A stretch of 64,000 nt of DNA. Source: Anaeromyxobacter sp. GTDB taxonomy: Bacteria > Myxococcota > Myxococcia > Myxococcales > Anaeromyxobacteraceae. Below the pieces are notes generated by a model. The model was not told the DNA's origin and made no database searches. It was given only the letters and a program-made list of their open reading frames with translations. Shown piece after piece: positions 31,469 through 42,446 of this stretch (positions are counted from its first letter, which is position 1; the number at the start of each line of letters is the position of its first letter). The position numbers and the translations under genes are program-made. The stretch covers positions 544,001 to 608,000 of the forward strand of contig JASGJN010000020.1 in assembly GCA_049840735.1 (NCBI GenBank), read 5' to 3'.

Positions 31469-31779
31469 CCGCCGTCGTCCGGGCACACGTTGACGTGCTT
31501 GCGCGAGCTGCGCGGCTCGGCCATCCAGGGCGCCACCGCGTCGCGCCAGCGCTGGTAGTGCGCCGTCTCCTTGTGCGCCGCCGGGGCGGCGGCGTCGCGG
31601 TAGACCTCGACCAGCACGAAGCGGGTGGGCTCCTCCAGGTCCTGCACCACGTCGAAGCGCGCCACGCCCGGCTCGCGCAGGCTGGCGGCGGCGTTCTCGC
31701 GGGTGGCGCGGATGAAGTCCTGCACGTGCTCGGGCTTGACCCGGACCTGCACGTGGACGGCGAGCAAGGTGTTGGACAT
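31462..31779 (-). CDS. ABM/LsrG-like cofactor-free monooxygenase/isomerase
   Basis: VKPEH...F...EPG..RFDV...F.LVEVY...[12 protein letters not shown]. Confidence 0.85.
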   Translation of the reverse strand: MSNTLLAVHVQVRVKPEHVQDFIRATRENAAASLREPGVARFDVVQDLEEPTRFVLVEVYRDAAAPAAHKETAHYQRWRDAVAPWMAEPRSSRKHVNVCPDDGGW

Positions 31780-32077
31780 GGCCGGAGGGTACACCGCGTC
31801 CGGGCCTTGGTGCAGCGCGGGGAGTCGTCGCTGCGCTGCTGCGGAGCCCGGGAGAGGGCTGCGGCGCGTCTCGATTCGGAGCTCCCTGGTCTCCGAAGGG
31901 GACGCGCCGCAGCAAGAGGGTGCCCCGCTCAGGCGGGCGGGGCGGGAGGCGCCGGGAGGGTGTCCGGCGCATCCCTGCAAAGTCCTGCAGCCGGCCGGGC
32001 CCGAGGCTCCCTGGTCCCTGGGCCCGGCGGCTGCAGCGGCGGTGGTCCCGCGGAGGGGAGCGGGCCACCGCCAGAGG

Positions 32078-33553
32078 TCAGTTGAGGTCCACCGGCACGA
32101 AGATCCGGGCGTCGCCGCGCTGCACCAGGAGCGCCACGCGGTCCTTGGCCTTGCCCACCACCGCGCGGAGCGTCTCCAGGCTCTCCACCGGCGTGTTGTT
32201 GACGGCCACCACCACGTCGCCGGGCTGGATGCCGGCGCGAGCCGCCGGGCCGCCGACGCCCTGGACCAGCGCGCCGCCGTCCACGCCGAGCTGGCGGGCC
32301 TCCTCCACGGTCAGGGCGCGGACCGTGATGCCCAGCCGGCCCTTGTCGCCCTCGCCCTCGCGGGCGTCGGCCACGGCGGCGGCGGGGGCCTCGGACACCT
32401 TCACCTCCACGGTGGTCCGGGCGCCGTTGCGCCACAGCTCCAGCCTGGCGGGCGTGCCGGGCTTGATGTCCGCGACGCGCGGGGGGAGGTCGGTGGAGCT
32501 GACGATCTCCTTGCCGTTGAGGCTCAGGATCACGTCGCCGGAGCGGAGCAATTTGGCCGAGGGGCCCTTGGGATCGACGTTGCTCACCAGCGCGCCGGCG
32601 GGGCGGGGCAGGCCGAAGGCGCCGGCCAGCCGCGCGTCCACGTCCTGGATGACCACGCCCAGACGGCCGCGGATCACCTTGCCGTGGGCCACCAGCTGCT
32701 GCTGGACCTTCATGGCCACGTCGATGGGGATGGCGAAGGAGAGCCCCATGTAACCGCCGGAGCCGCTGTAGATCTGCGAGTTGATGCCCACCACCTCGCC
32801 GGCCAGGTTGAAGAGCGGGCCGCCGGAGTTGCCGGGGTTGATGGCCACGTCGGTCTGGATGAAGGGCACGTAGCCCTCGCCCGGCAGCGAGCGGGCGCGC
32901 GCGGAGACCACGCCGGCGGTGACGGTGTTCTCGAAGCCGAAGGGCGAGCCGATGGCCAGCACCCACTCGCCCACCTGCAGCCGCTCCGCGTCGCCCAGCT
33001 TCACCACCGGCAGCCCCCTGGCGTCGATGCGCAGCACCGCCACGTCGGTGTCCTTGTCCAGGCCGACCACCTTGGCGCGGAACTCGCGCTTGTCGGTGAG
33101 CTTCACGTTCACCTCGGTGGCGCCGCGGATGACGTGGGCGTTGGTGAGGATCAGGCCGTCCTGGCTGACGATGAACCCGGAGCCGGCGCCGCGGGTGAGC
33201 TGCTCGCCGGGCGGCTGCATGAAGCGGCGGAGCGGCGGCGGCACGTCGTCCAGCCCCTGGCCCCGGCCGGCCTCGGCGGTGCCGATGGTGGAGACGTTGA
33301 CCACCGCCGCGCCGTACTGGCGGACGATGGTGGTGAAGTCGGGCAGGGCGCGGAGGGCCGGGGCCGCCGCCGGGGCGGCGGCCGCGGCAGGAGGCGGCGC
33401 GGCGGGGGCGGGCGCCGGGGCAGGGGCGGCCTGGGCCGGCCCCGCGTTCTGCGCGCGCGCGCTGCCGGGGCCGGCGACGTAGATGGCTCCACCCAGGAAC
33501 AAGGCCAGCGCGGCCAGGACGGGGACGGAACGCTTCGCGGTCGCTGCGGTCAT
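32078..33553 (-). CDS. DegP/DegQ (Do family) serine protease with two PDZ domains
   Basis: GSGFI, TNAHV, D.AVL and [15 protein letters not shown], followed by PDZ domains. Confidence 0.95.
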   Translation of the reverse strand: MTAATAKRSVPVLAALALFLGGAIYVAGPGSARAQNAGPAQAAPAPAPAPAAPPPAAAAAPAAAPALRALPDFTTIVRQYGAAVVNVSTIGTAEAGRGQGLDDVPPPLRRFMQPPGEQLTRGAGSGFIVSQDGLILTNAHVIRGATEVNVKLTDKREFRAKVVGLDKDTDVAVLRIDARGLPVVKLGDAERLQVGEWVLAIGSPFGFENTVTAGVVSARARSLPGEGYVPFIQTDVAINPGNSGGPLFNLAGEVVGINSQIYSGSGGYMGLSFAIPIDVAMKVQQQLVAHGKVIRGRLGVVIQDVDARLAGAFGLPRPAGALVSNVDPKGPSAKLLRSGDVILSLNGKEIVSSTDLPPRVADIKPGTPARLELWRNGARTTVEVKVSEAPAAAVADAREGEGDKGRLGITVRALTVEEARQLGVDGGALVQGVGGPAARAGIQPGDVVVAVNNTPVESLETLRAVVGKAKDRVALLVQRGDARIFVPVDLN

Positions 33554-33635
33554 CGCTGGTTCTCCTTCGAGGCGGGCCCGGGGGTTGCGACCGGGCCGAC
33601 GCTGGAGAACCTAGGCTGGCAACCTTATGGCAAGC

Positions 33636-35015
33636 TTAAGAGGCCTGCACCCTGTTGGGGCTATCGTCTTTTGACTGCGGCCCAGGGGCTTCCAGGGCCA
33701 GAGGCGCCGGCGGGAAGGTCACGCGCACCGTCAGTCCGCCCCCCGGCGTGTCCAGCAGGGCCACCTCGGCGGCGTGGCGCTCGGCCACCGCGCGCACGAT
33801 GGCCAGCCCCAGCCCGCTCCCCGGCGCCTCGTTGCCCGGCACGCGGTAGAAGCGGTCGAAGACCCGCTGCCGCTCCGCCGCCGGGATGCCGGGGCCGCTG
33901 TCCGCCACCGCCAGCCAGGCGCGGCCGGCCTCCACGCCGGTGGAGACGTCCACCCGGCCGCCGGCCGGGGTGTAGCGGACCGCGTTGTCCACCAGGTTGG
34001 CCAAGAGCGTGCGCAGCGCCGCCGCGTCGCCGTTGGCGCTGGTCCACTCCCCCACCGCCCCGGCGCCCAGGTCGAGCCCCCGGGCCTCCGCCAGCGCCGC
34101 GTGATCCGCCACCGCCTGGCGCACCAGCTCGTCCAGCGCCACCGGCGCCGCCGGGCCGGGCGCGCGCGCGCTCGCCGCCTCCGGCTCCACCCGCGCCAGC
34201 GTCAGCAGCTGCTGCACCAGGTGCGTGCTCCGGTCGAGCGCCCCCTCCAGCTGGGCCAGCGCCAGCTCGCGGTCCGGCCCCTCCGGCGCGCGCCGCGCCA
34301 GCTGGACCTGCAGCTTGAGCGCCGCCAGCGGCGTGCGCAGCTCGTGGGCCGCGTCCGCCACGAAGGCGCGCTGGGCCGAGAGCGCGGTGCTGAGCCGCGC
34401 CAGCAGCGCGTTGAGCGAGCGGACCAGCGGCCGGACCTCGTCCGGCGCGCCCGCCTCGGGGAACGGGTCCAGCGCCTGCGGCGTGCGGGTGGCGGCCGCG
34501 CGCGCCAGCCGGTCCACCGGCTCGAGCGCCTTGCCCACGATCCGCCAGACCACCAGCCCCAGCAGCGGCAGCAGCAGCACCAGCGGCAGCAGCGTGCGGC
34601 TGGCGGCGTTGAAGGCCAGCTCCTCGCGCAGCCGGACCGGCTGGCTCACCTGCACCACGCCGCGCCCGATGGTGGTGGCGAAGGCGCGCCAGCGGCCGGA
34701 GCGGGTCTCGACGGTGCTGAACCCGAGCTGGGTCATGTCCGGCAGGTCGGCGTCGGGGCGCGAGAGGTAGAGGCGCGCGCCGGTCTCGTCCCAGATCTGG
34801 ATGGCGAAGTCGAAGTCGCGCACCGCCCCGCGGACCTCGGCCGGCCCCAGCGAGCGATCCGAGAGCGAGAGCGCCAGCTGGCGCAGGTGGTAGTCGAAGA
34901 GCTCGTCGATCTGCCCGCGGGCCACCCGGTAGGTCACCACCAGGCCGGCGGCCATCACCGCCACGATCCCCGCCAGCAAGGCCAGCAGCAGCTGGCGCCG
35001 GACCGAGCCCTTCAC
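33636..35015 (-). CDS. QseC-like sensor histidine kinase
   Basis: Two TM helices, FVADAAHELRTPL, NLVDNA, DSGPGI and GSGLGL. Confidence 0.93.
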   Translation of the reverse strand: MKGSVRRQLLLALLAGIVAVMAAGLVVTYRVARGQIDELFDYHLRQLALSLSDRSLGPAEVRGAVRDFDFAIQIWDETGARLYLSRPDADLPDMTQLGFSTVETRSGRWRAFATTIGRGVVQVSQPVRLREELAFNAASRTLLPLVLLLPLLGLVVWRIVGKALEPVDRLARAAATRTPQALDPFPEAGAPDEVRPLVRSLNALLARLSTALSAQRAFVADAAHELRTPLAALKLQVQLARRAPEGPDRELALAQLEGALDRSTHLVQQLLTLARVEPEAASARAPGPAAPVALDELVRQAVADHAALAEARGLDLGAGAVGEWTSANGDAAALRTLLANLVDNAVRYTPAGGRVDVSTGVEAGRAWLAVADSGPGIPAAERQRVFDRFYRVPGNEAPGSGLGLAIVRAVAERHAAEVALLDTPGGGLTVRVTFPPAPLALEAPGPQSKDDSPNRVQAS

Positions 35016-35668
35016 CGCGGCACCATGTAGCCGACCCCGCGCAGCGTCTTGATGCGCTCGGCCCCCAGCTTGCGCCGCAGCGCGTGGACGTGGACCTCGA
35101 TGGCGTTCGACTCCACCTCCTCGCCCCAGCCGTAGACCCGCTCCTCCAGCTGGGCGCGCGAGAGCGGCCGGCCCGGGCGCTCGATCAGCGCGTGGAGCAG
35201 CGCGAACTCGCGGGCCGAGAGGGCCACCTCCTCGCCGTGGAGGCGCACCTGCCGGGCGGCCGGGTCGAGCGTGAGCGGCCCCACCTCCAGCACCGGGTCG
35301 GCCCGCCCGCCGGAGCGGCGGTGGAGCGCCCGCACCCGCGCCGCCAGCTCATCCACGTCGAAGGGCTTGGTCAGGTAGTCGTCCGCCCCGGCGTCCAGGC
35401 CGGCCACCCGGTCCGGCACCGCGTCCTGCGCGGTCAGGATCAGCACCGGCGTGCCGTCGCCGCGTGCCCGCACCCCGCGCAGCACCTCCAGGCCGCCCTT
35501 GCGCGGCAGCCCCAGGTCGAGCAGCACCAGCTGGTAGGGCTCGCCGCGGAGGGCCTCCTCGGCCGCCTCGCCGTCCTGCACCCAGTCCACGGCCCAGCCC
35601 CGCGCGCGCAGCGCGCGCTGGAGCCCGTCTCCCAGCATCCGGTCGTCCTCGACGAGCAAGAGGCGCAT
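35012..35668 (-). CDS. OmpR/QseB-like response regulator
   Basis: MRLLLVEDD, LDLGLP, GADDYLTKPF and winged-helix SNAIEVHVHALRRKL...RGVGY. Confidence 0.95.
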   Translation of the reverse strand: MRLLLVEDDRMLGDGLQRALRARGWAVDWVQDGEAAEEALRGEPYQLVLLDLGLPRKGGLEVLRGVRARGDGTPVLILTAQDAVPDRVAGLDAGADDYLTKPFDVDELAARVRALHRRSGGRADPVLEVGPLTLDPAARQVRLHGEEVALSAREFALLHALIERPGRPLSRAQLEERVYGWGEEVESNAIEVHVHALRRKLGAERIKTLRGVGYMVPR

Positions 35669-35752
35669 GGTCTCCCGCCGCGAGCCGGGGCGTTGGACCA
35701 AGGGCGGCCCCGGGCGCAGGCGGGCCATGTATACCGCGGTTCACCCTGCGGA

Positions 35753-35959
35753 TCAGCGCGGCGGCTCGCGGTCGCGGACCGGGACCGGCGCGGGCGGCGG
35801 GGCGCCGTCCTCATCCGGCCAGACCGGCGCCGGGATCCGGCCGTCCGGGAAGGTCACCTTCCCCGCCAGCACGCAGCCCTTCATGCCCGGGCGGCAGCAG
35901 GCGCCGTCCACGCGCCGGCAGATGCCCTCCGCCTCGAAGCTGCAGCCCCAGCCGCCCAT
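35753..35959 (-). CDS. Small Cys-rich hypothetical protein (68 aa)
   Basis: MGGWGCSFEAEGICRRVDGACCRPGMKGCVLAGKVTF...; fills the gap between the BMP lipoprotein and the response regulator, on the same strand. Confidence 0.6.
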   Translation of the reverse strand: MGGWGCSFEAEGICRRVDGACCRPGMKGCVLAGKVTFPDGRIPAPVWPDEDGAPPPAPVPVRDREPPR

Positions 35960-36073
35960 GCGGCCAGTGTAGCGGAGCGGCGCCGGCCGCTGGAAGCCGG
36001 GGCCCTGAAGCGCGACGGCGGGGAGCGGCCGCCTGGCCACCCCCCGCCGCGCGGGTGTCACGTCCGGCTTGGG

Positions 36074-37203
36074 CTAGTTGCTCGAGGGGACCTGGCCCTC
36101 GACGCCCTTCACGTAGAAGTTCACCTCGCCGAGCCACTTGTTGTCGGCCACGGCGCCCTTGGCGAGCTTCTCCTTGCCGGTGTTGTCGACGATGGGGCCG
36201 GTGAAGACCTGGTGCGCGCCGGTGCGGAGCCCCTCGCGCGCGTCATCGACGGCCTTCTTGGCGTCGGGCGGGATGAAGTCCGCCACCTTGACGAACTGGA
36301 CCATGTCCTCCTTCACGCCCCACTTCGTCTCCTCGACCTTCCAGGTGCCGTTGAGGACGTCGTTGATGGCCTTCTCGTAGTACACGCCCCAGTTCAGCGC
36401 GCAGGAGCCCAGGTGCGCCTTGGGGGCGAACGCGCTCATGTCGCTGTCCCAGCCGAAGGCGTACTTGCCGGCGCGCTCGGCCGCCTGCAGCACGGCGGTG
36501 GAGTCGGTGTTCTGGAGCAGCACGTCGGCGCCGCCGTTCATCAGCGACTGGGCCGCCTCGGTCTCCTTGGGCGGATCGAACCAGCTGTTCACCCAGACCA
36601 CCTTGGTCTTGATCTTCGGGTTCACGCTCTGCGCGCCCAGCGTGTAGGCGTTGATGTTGCGGAGCACCTCGGGGATGGGGAACGAGGCCACGAACCCGAG
36701 CGTGTTGGTCTTGGTCATCTTCCCGGCCACGATGCCGGCCAGGTAGGCGCCCTCGTAGAACTTGGCCTCGTAGACGCGGAGGTTCTCGGCGGTCTTGTAG
36801 CCGGTGGCGTGCTCGAACTTCACGTCCGGAAAGTCCTTCGCCACCTTGACGGTGGGGTCCATGAAGCCGAAGGAGGTCGTGAAGATGAGCTTGTTGCCGG
36901 AGGCGACCAGGTCGCGGACGGCGCGCTCGGCGTTGGGGCCCTCGGCCACCTTCTCCAGGAACGGTCTGGATTCTTGTCGCCCAGCTTCTCCACCGCGTAC
37001 TTGCGGCCCAGGTCGTGGGCGTAGGTGTAGCCGGCGTCGCCGACCGGGCCGACGTAGACGAAGCCGACCTTGAGCGGCTCGGCCTTGGCCGGGGCGGCGG
37101 CGGGAGCGGGGGCCGGCTCCTCCTTCTTGGTGCAGGCGGTGAGCGCGGTGGCGGCCACGAGGGCGCCGAGGGCAAGGAGCTTCACGGATGGGCGCAGGAA
37201 CAT
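36074..37203 (-). CDS. BMP-family ABC substrate-binding lipoprotein (purine nucleosides; frameshift near 36965)
   Basis: Lipobox LTAC, KVGFVYVGPVGDAGYTYAHDLGR, TSFGFMD, FEHATGYK, PIPEVLRNINA and WFDP. Confidence 0.92.
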
Positions 37204-37256
37204 GATGGTGACTTCTCCTTTGTGCGGACCAGGGACGGCGTGCTGCGGGTGCGTGC

Positions 37257-38176
37257 TCAGCCTCCCGGGAAGAACGGCTTCCCCAGCGAGGTGGGCATGT
37301 TGAGCCGGATCCAGAGCGGGTTCCGGGAGATCAGGACCAGGACGACGATGGGCGTGCCGTACGGCAGCATCCCCAGCAGCTGCGGGTTCACGTGCACGCC
37401 TGCGTTCTGCAGGTAGTACTGCAGGATGGTCGTCCCGCCGAACAGGTAGGCCCCGAGCAGCAGCCGCCAGGGGCGCCAGGTGGCGAACACCGTCAGCGCC
37501 AGCGCGAACCAGCCGCGGCCGCCGGTCATCCCCTCGGCCCAGAGGTTCGAGTAGAAGACCGACAGGTGCGCGCCGGCCAGGCCGCACAGCGCCCCGCCGC
37601 CGGTCACGGCCGCCAGGCGGATCGAGCGCACCGGGTAGCCCAGCGCGTGCGCCGGCTGGGGCGCCTCGCCCACCGCCCGCAGCACCAGCCCGGACCGGGT
37701 CCGGTACATGAACCAGGCGAGCCCGGCGGTGATGGCCACGGCCAGGTACGCCTGCAGGTGCTCCCTGAACAGCGCAGGCCCGATGAACGGCAGGTCGCCC
37801 AGCACCGGGACGAAGGCCGCCGGCACGTTGCCGAGCGGCTTTCCCACGTAGGGAGCGCCCATCAGCGCGGACAGGCCGCTGCCAAACAGGGTGACCGCCA
37901 GGCCGGTGGCGTACTGGTTGGTGTTGAGCCAGATCACCAGCCAACCAAGGCGGCCGCGACCACCGCCGCCGAGGCGGCGCCGGCCACCAGCGCCAGCCAG
38001 GGGTTGCCGGTTCCGAAGGCCACCGCGAAGCCGGTCACGGCCGAGATGAGCAGCAGCCCCTCGGCCCCCAGGTTCACCACGCCCGCCTTCTCGTTGAGGA
38101 GCAGCCCCAGGCCGGCGATGGCCAGCGGCGTGCCGGCGGCCAGCGTGGCGCCGATGAGGAAGGCCAGGCCGCTCAC
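37257..38176 (-). CDS. Nucleoside ABC transporter permease (frameshift near 37948)
   Basis: EKAGVVNLGAEG, NQYATGLA, LRAVGE.P and GRGWFALAL. Confidence 0.9.
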
Positions 38177-39244
38177 GAGACCCGCCTCCAGCGCAGCCGG
38201 TAGTTGATGAAGGTGTCCCAGCCCAGCAGCGAGAAGAGCAGCACGCCCTGGAAGACCAGCCCCGCGGCGGCCGGCATGTTGGCGCTCTGCGCCTTGTAGC
38301 CGCCGATGATGAAGCCGGAGAGCAGGACGCTGCCCAGCACGCAGCCCAGCGGGTTGAGCCGGCCCATGAAGGCCACGATGATGGCGGTGAAGCCGTAGCC
38401 CTGCGAGACGTGCGGCGTGAGCTGGTTGAGCGGCCCGGTGGCCTCGTAGGCGCCGGCCACGCCGGAGAGCGCGCCGGAGGCCAGCAGCGTGGTCCAGATG
38501 GCGGCGCGCGAGGAGAAGCCGGCGTAGCGCGCGGCGGCCGGGGCCGGGCCGCCGATCTTGCAGCTGCATGCCGCTGTAGGTCCGGAACATGTAGACCCAC
38601 ATCGCGCCCGCGGCCAGCAGCGCCACCCCCACGCCCCAGTGCAGCGCGTAGCCCTGCACCACGCGCGGGAGGTAGGTGCTGGAGGCGAACGAGATGGTCT
38701 GGGGGAAGTTGTAGCCCTTCGGATCCTTCCACGGGCCGAACACCAGCCACTTGAGGAACAGGTCGGCGATGTAGACCAGCATCAGGCTGACCAGGATCTC
38801 GTTGGCGCTGAAGCGGTCCTTGAGCCAGGCCACGATGGCCGCCCAGGCGCCGCCGCCGACGGCTCCGGCCACGGTGACCAGCGGGAGGAAGGCCCAGCGG
38901 CTCATGCCGACGTCGTGGGACGTCACCAGCATGGCCAGGCCGCCGCCGGTGATGGCGCCCATCAGGAACTGCCCCTCGGCGCCGATGTTCCAGATGTTCG
39001 AGCGGAAGCAGAGCGCCAGCCCCACCGAGCAGAGCACCAGCGTGCAGGCCTTGGCCGCCACGTCGGTCAGGTTGCGCAGGTCGCTGTAGGGCTCCACCAG
39101 GAAGAGCTCGAGCACCCGCACCGGGTCCTTGCCCATGGCCGCGAACAGGATGGCGCCCACCCCCACGGTCATGACCAGCGCCGCGACGGGGGCGAGCACG
39201 CTCATCCGCCCCGACGGCGCAGGCCTGGCCTCCAGCTGGATCAT
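38173..39244 (-). CDS. Nucleoside ABC transporter permease (frameshift near 38555)
   Basis: WNIGAEGQ, NEILVSLM and GYGFTAIIVAFMGRLNP. Confidence 0.9.
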
Positions 39245-40785
39245 CTCGCCTCCCCCGCTCCGGCCGCCGCGGGGCGCGACGCCGGGCCTCCGGGCCACAG
39301 GCCGCTCATCCACTCGCCGATTTGCTCCACCGTGGCCTCGCCGGTCGGGATCGACGGAGAGAGCCGCCCGCGCGCCATCACGTGCAGGCGATCGGTGATC
39401 TGGAACAGCTCCTCCAGCTCGTCCGACACCACCAGCACGGCGCAGCCGGAGTCGCGCAGCGCCACCAGCTCCTTGCGGATCTGCGCCGCGGCGCCGACGT
39501 CCACGCCCCAGGTCGGCTGCGCCACCAGCAGCACCTTGGGGAGCGCGTCCAGCTCGCGCCCCACGATGTACTTCTGGAGGTTCCCGCCCGAGAGGCTGCG
39601 AGCCACCGCCTTGGTGCCGCCCGACTTGACCCGGTAGCGGTCGATGATGCCGGCGGTCTGCCGGTGCAGCGCGCGGCCGTCGATCCAGCCGAAGCGGCGC
39701 AGCGACTCCTCGCGCGTGAGCAGCAGGTTGTGCGCCAGCGAGAGCGTCGGCACCGCGCCGCGACCCAGCCGCTCCTCGGGGATGAAGTTGAGCCCCAGCC
39801 GGCGGCGATGGCCGGCGCCCATCCGCCCGATGGCCCGGCCGAAGAGCCGCACCGCCTCGACGTCGGCGCGCGGGTCCTCGCCGGAGAGCGCCGCCATCAG
39901 CTCGCGCTGCCCGTTGCCCGAGACGCCGGCGATGCCGACGATCTCCCCCTCGCGCACCTGCAGCGAGACGCCCTCCAGCGGCACCGAGAACCGGTCGTGG
40001 CGCGTGAGGTCCAGCGCCAGGACCTCCAGCGCCAGCTCGCCCGGCTGCGGCGCCTGTCGCTCGATCCGCGGCGGCTCGGCGCCGATCATCAGGCGCGAGA
40101 GCGAGGCGGTGGTCTCCTGGGTGGGATCGCAGGTGCCCGCCACCTTGCCGGCCCGCAGCACCGTGCAGGCGTTGCAGAGGGCGCGGATCTCGTCCAGCTT
40201 GTGGCTGATGTAGAGGATGGAGCAGCCGGTGGCGGCCAGCTTGCGCAGCGTGACGAAGAGCTTCTCCACCGCCTGCGGCGTGAGCACCGAGGTGGGCTCG
40301 TCGAGGATCAGCAGGCGCGGGTCGGTGAGCAGCGCCCGCACGATCTCCACCCGCTGCCGCTCGCCCACCGAGAGCACGTGGACGGGCGCGTCCGGATCGA
40401 GGTCGAGCCCGTACTCGGCCGCCTTGGTGCGGATGCCGTCCGCCACCTGCTGCAGCGGCGTGGAGGCGGGCAGCCCCAGCCACACGTTCTCCGCCACGGT
40501 GAGCGTGTCGAAGAGCGAGAAGTGCTGGAACACCATGGCGATGCCCAGCGACCGCGCCTCGTGCGGGCTGCGGATTTGGACCGGGTTGCCGTCCCAGCGG
40601 AGCTCGCCGGCGTCGGGGGTGACCGCGCCGTAGATGATCTTCATCAGCGTGGACTTGCCCGCGCCGTTCTCGCCCAGGATGGCGTGGATTCGGCCGGGCT
40701 CGACCGTCAGCGCCACGTCGTCGTTGGCCACGACGCTCGCGTAGCGCTTGGTGACGTGCCGGAGCTCGAGCCTGGGGGCGGTCAC
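39241..40785 (-). CDS. Nucleoside ABC transporter ATP-binding protein
   Basis: GENGAGKSTL, LSVGERQR, LDEPT, GIAGVSGNGQ and LSGGNLQK. Confidence 0.95.
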   Translation of the reverse strand: MTAPRLELRHVTKRYASVVANDDVALTVEPGRIHAILGENGAGKSTLMKIIYGAVTPDAGELRWDGNPVQIRSPHEARSLGIAMVFQHFSLFDTLTVAENVWLGLPASTPLQQVADGIRTKAAEYGLDLDPDAPVHVLSVGERQRVEIVRALLTDPRLLILDEPTSVLTPQAVEKLFVTLRKLAATGCSILYISHKLDEIRALCNACTVLRAGKVAGTCDPTQETTASLSRLMIGAEPPRIERQAPQPGELALEVLALDLTRHDRFSVPLEGVSLQVREGEIVGIAGVSGNGQRELMAALSGEDPRADVEAVRLFGRAIGRMGAGHRRRLGLNFIPEERLGRGAVPTLSLAHNLLLTREESLRRFGWIDGRALHRQTAGIIDRYRVKSGGTKAVARSLSGGNLQKYIVGRELDALPKVLLVAQPTWGVDVGAAAQIRKELVALRDSGCAVLVVSDELEELFQITDRLHVMARGRLSPSIPTGEATVEQIGEWMSGLWPGGPASRPAAAGAGEAR

Positions 40786-40821
40786 GGGGTGGTCCGTCGC
40801 GCGGAGGGATTCACGGTCGGT

Positions 40822-41379
40822 TCACTTGCCGCCGCGCTGCTTGATGGGGGTGACGAACCGGTAGTCGATGTCCCAGGGGAAGTAGATCCACTTCTCCTGC
40901 CGGAACTCCTTCACGAAGGTGTCCACCACCGGGCGCCCGGCCGGCTTGGCGTAGAGGGTGGCGAAGTGGGCCCTGGGCAGCCGCTCGCGCACGGCCTTGG
41001 CGGTCCTGCCGGTGTCGACCAGGTCGTCCACCAGCAGCCACCCCTCCCCGTCCCCGGGCACCGACTTGAGCCACTGCAGCTCGCCCTGGTGCTGCTCGGC
41101 GGCGCCGGAGGTGCCGGCGTAGCTGACCACGCAGACGGTGTCGATGAGCCGGATGTCCAGCTCGCGGGCGATGAGCGCGGCGGGGACCAGGCCGCCGCGG
41201 GTGATGGCGATGATCCCCTTCCACTCCCGCTTCATCTCGTGCAGGACGCTGGAGAGGTAGCGCGCGTCGCGGTGCAGCTCGGGCCACGAGATGACGATCT
41301 CGTCCTTGTACGGATTGGCACCCGTCGAAACGGGCGCGCTCTCCTCGCCGCCAGACGAGGGCTTCGGATCGGACGCCAT
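40822..41379 (-). CDS. gpt: Xanthine-guanine phosphoribosyltransferase
   Basis: WKGIIAITRGGLVP, LLVDDLVDTGRT PRPP motif, YAKPAG and WIYFPWD. Confidence 0.93.
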   Translation of the reverse strand: MASDPKPSSGGEESAPVSTGANPYKDEIVISWPELHRDARYLSSVLHEMKREWKGIIAITRGGLVPAALIARELDIRLIDTVCVVSYAGTSGAAEQHQGELQWLKSVPGDGEGWLLVDDLVDTGRTAKAVRERLPRAHFATLYAKPAGRPVVDTFVKEFRQEKWIYFPWDIDYRFVTPIKQRGGK

Positions 41380-41624
41380 GGGGGTACCTCTCCCGTGCCG
41401 CTGCGGTGCGGGGCCCTTCTAGCCCGGCATCCCTGACACTCCGCCAGGGTCGCGTGAGGAGGCCGCAACCGCCTGCCAGGCGAGCAACCGGTGCCATGGG
41501 CGGCTTAGGCGCAAACGTTTGAGATCAAGACGCCGAATCGGCGGCCCGCCCAGCGCGCGAGCAGCCGTGCGCGCCCGCGAAGCGCCACTCCCTGAGGCCC
41601 GACGCCCAGGGCCCGAGGCCCGCC

Positions 41625-42443
41625 TCAAACCACCGTGAGGCCGCGCGCCCGGAAGACCTCGCGCACCCGCTCCACCGCCTCGGGCGCGGGCGGACGGACG
41701 CCGTCCAGCGCGTAGCGCAGCCCGAGCTTCTTCCACTTGGCCCGGCCCATCTGATGGAACGGCAGCACGTCCACCCGCTCCACGTTGCCCAGCGAGGAGG
41801 CGAAGGCGGCCAGCCCCTCCACGTTGGCGGGGGCGTCGGTCAGCCCCGGCACCAGCACGAAGCGGAGCCAGGTGGGCCGGCGCCGCTCGGCCAGCCGCCG
41901 GGCGAAGGCCAGCACCGGCTCGACCTCGCGCCCGGTGACCTTGAGGTGCGTCTCGGGATCGAAGGACTTGAGGTCGAGCAGCACCAGGTCCGCCGCGGCC
42001 AGCTCCTCGTCGGACAGGCGGTCGCCCAGGTAGCCGTTGGTGTCGAGCGCGGTGTGCAGCCCCTGGGCCTGGCAGCCGCGCAGCACGCGGACCACGAAGC
42101 GCGACTGGACCAGCGGCTCGCCGCCGGTCACGGTCACGCCGCCGCCCGCCGCCGCCATGAACCGCTTGTGGCGGGCCACCCGCTTCACCAGCGCCTCCGC
42201 CTCGGTGGGCTCGCCGCTCCGGACCGTCCAGGTGTCCGGGTTGTGGCAGTAGAGGCAGCGCATCTCGCAGCCGGTGGTCCAGACCACCGTCCGCACGCCC
42301 GGCCCGTCCACCATCGAGCCGGTGGTGACCGAGTGGATGCGCCCCCACGCGCCCGCCGCCGCCAGGTGCTCGGAGGCACCGGCGGCCCCGGAGCCCGGGG
42401 CGCCCTGGGGCGCGGCAGCGGCGGCGAGGGCGCGGTCCGGCAC
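41625..42443 (-). CDS. pflA: Pyruvate formate-lyase activating enzyme (radical SAM)
   Basis: DGPGVR, CEMRCLYCHNPDTW, GGEP, HTALDTNG and LPFHQMG..KW. Confidence 0.95.
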   Translation of the reverse strand: MPDRALAAAAAPQGAPGSGAAGASEHLAAAGAWGRIHSVTTGSMVDGPGVRTVVWTTGCEMRCLYCHNPDTWTVRSGEPTEAEALVKRVARHKRFMAAAGGGVTVTGGEPLVQSRFVVRVLRGCQAQGLHTALDTNGYLGDRLSDEELAAADLVLLDLKSFDPETHLKVTGREVEPVLAFARRLAERRRPTWLRFVLVPGLTDAPANVEGLAAFASSLGNVERVDVLPFHQMGRAKWKKLGLRYALDGVRPPAPEAVERVREVFRARGLTVV

Positions 42444-42446
42444 GGC

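Noticed and set aside
41518..41530. FNR box near pflA/gpt (TTGAGATCAA)
   Set aside because: The spacing does not fit TTGAT-N4-ATCAA, and it lies downstream of pflA rather than upstream of pflB.
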